Notes under the pieces: generated by a model | What the model saw: only the letters and a program-made list of their open reading frames with translations | The model's database searches: none | Told to the model about the DNA's origin: nothing | Source: Octopus sinensis | Lineage: Eukaryota | Length of the DNA: 64,000 nucleotides | NCBI RefSeq assembly: GCF_006345805.1 | Contig: NC_043017.1 | Location: forward strand, 28,458,001-28,522,000 | Direction of reading: 5' to 3' | In this document: positions 63,901 through 64,000 of the stretch, one piece after another | Position numbering within the stretch: position 1 is the stretch's first letter | Layout of the letters: every line of letters begins with the position of its first letter | Translations under genes and position numbers: made by a program

Positions 63901-64000
63901 AAAATAAAGGTTCCCTAATTTAATTACTGGTTCATTTATAAAACAGCAGTTATTGCCCTTAGTGCCATTCGATTGAGACTATGATGCATTACCGAATGCC

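Overview
AT-rich eukaryotic DNA dense in microsatellites and transposon remnants. The repeat families resemble those I recall from Octopus/cephalopod genomes (inference, no database search). I found no host protein-coding gene, tRNA or rRNA I can support, and almost all long ORFs in the track come from (TA)n, (CA)n or triplet repeats. The window holds about 25 tRNA-derived SINE copies from several modular families, decayed LINE pieces (RTE, R4/Dong-like, CR1/jockey-like, L1/Tx1-like), a decayed mariner, four copies of a Merlin-like MITE, Helitron/Helentron-type non-autonomous elements, a 105-bp tandem array and two near-identical local duplications. The most striking signal is 12 hammerhead-ribozyme-like motifs in about 5 unrelated sequence families, found by folding the sequence by hand. 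Four families have all three stems, and one is a minimal form with a palindromic ACGU in place of stem III. They sit in short non-coding elements that end in or near (TA)n and often occur as inverted pairs, which points to Penelope-like or retrozyme-type non-autonomous retroelements. A second highlight is an ORF1-only L1/Tx1-like element with a 20-bp TSD whose 3' end matches the tail of a local SINE family.
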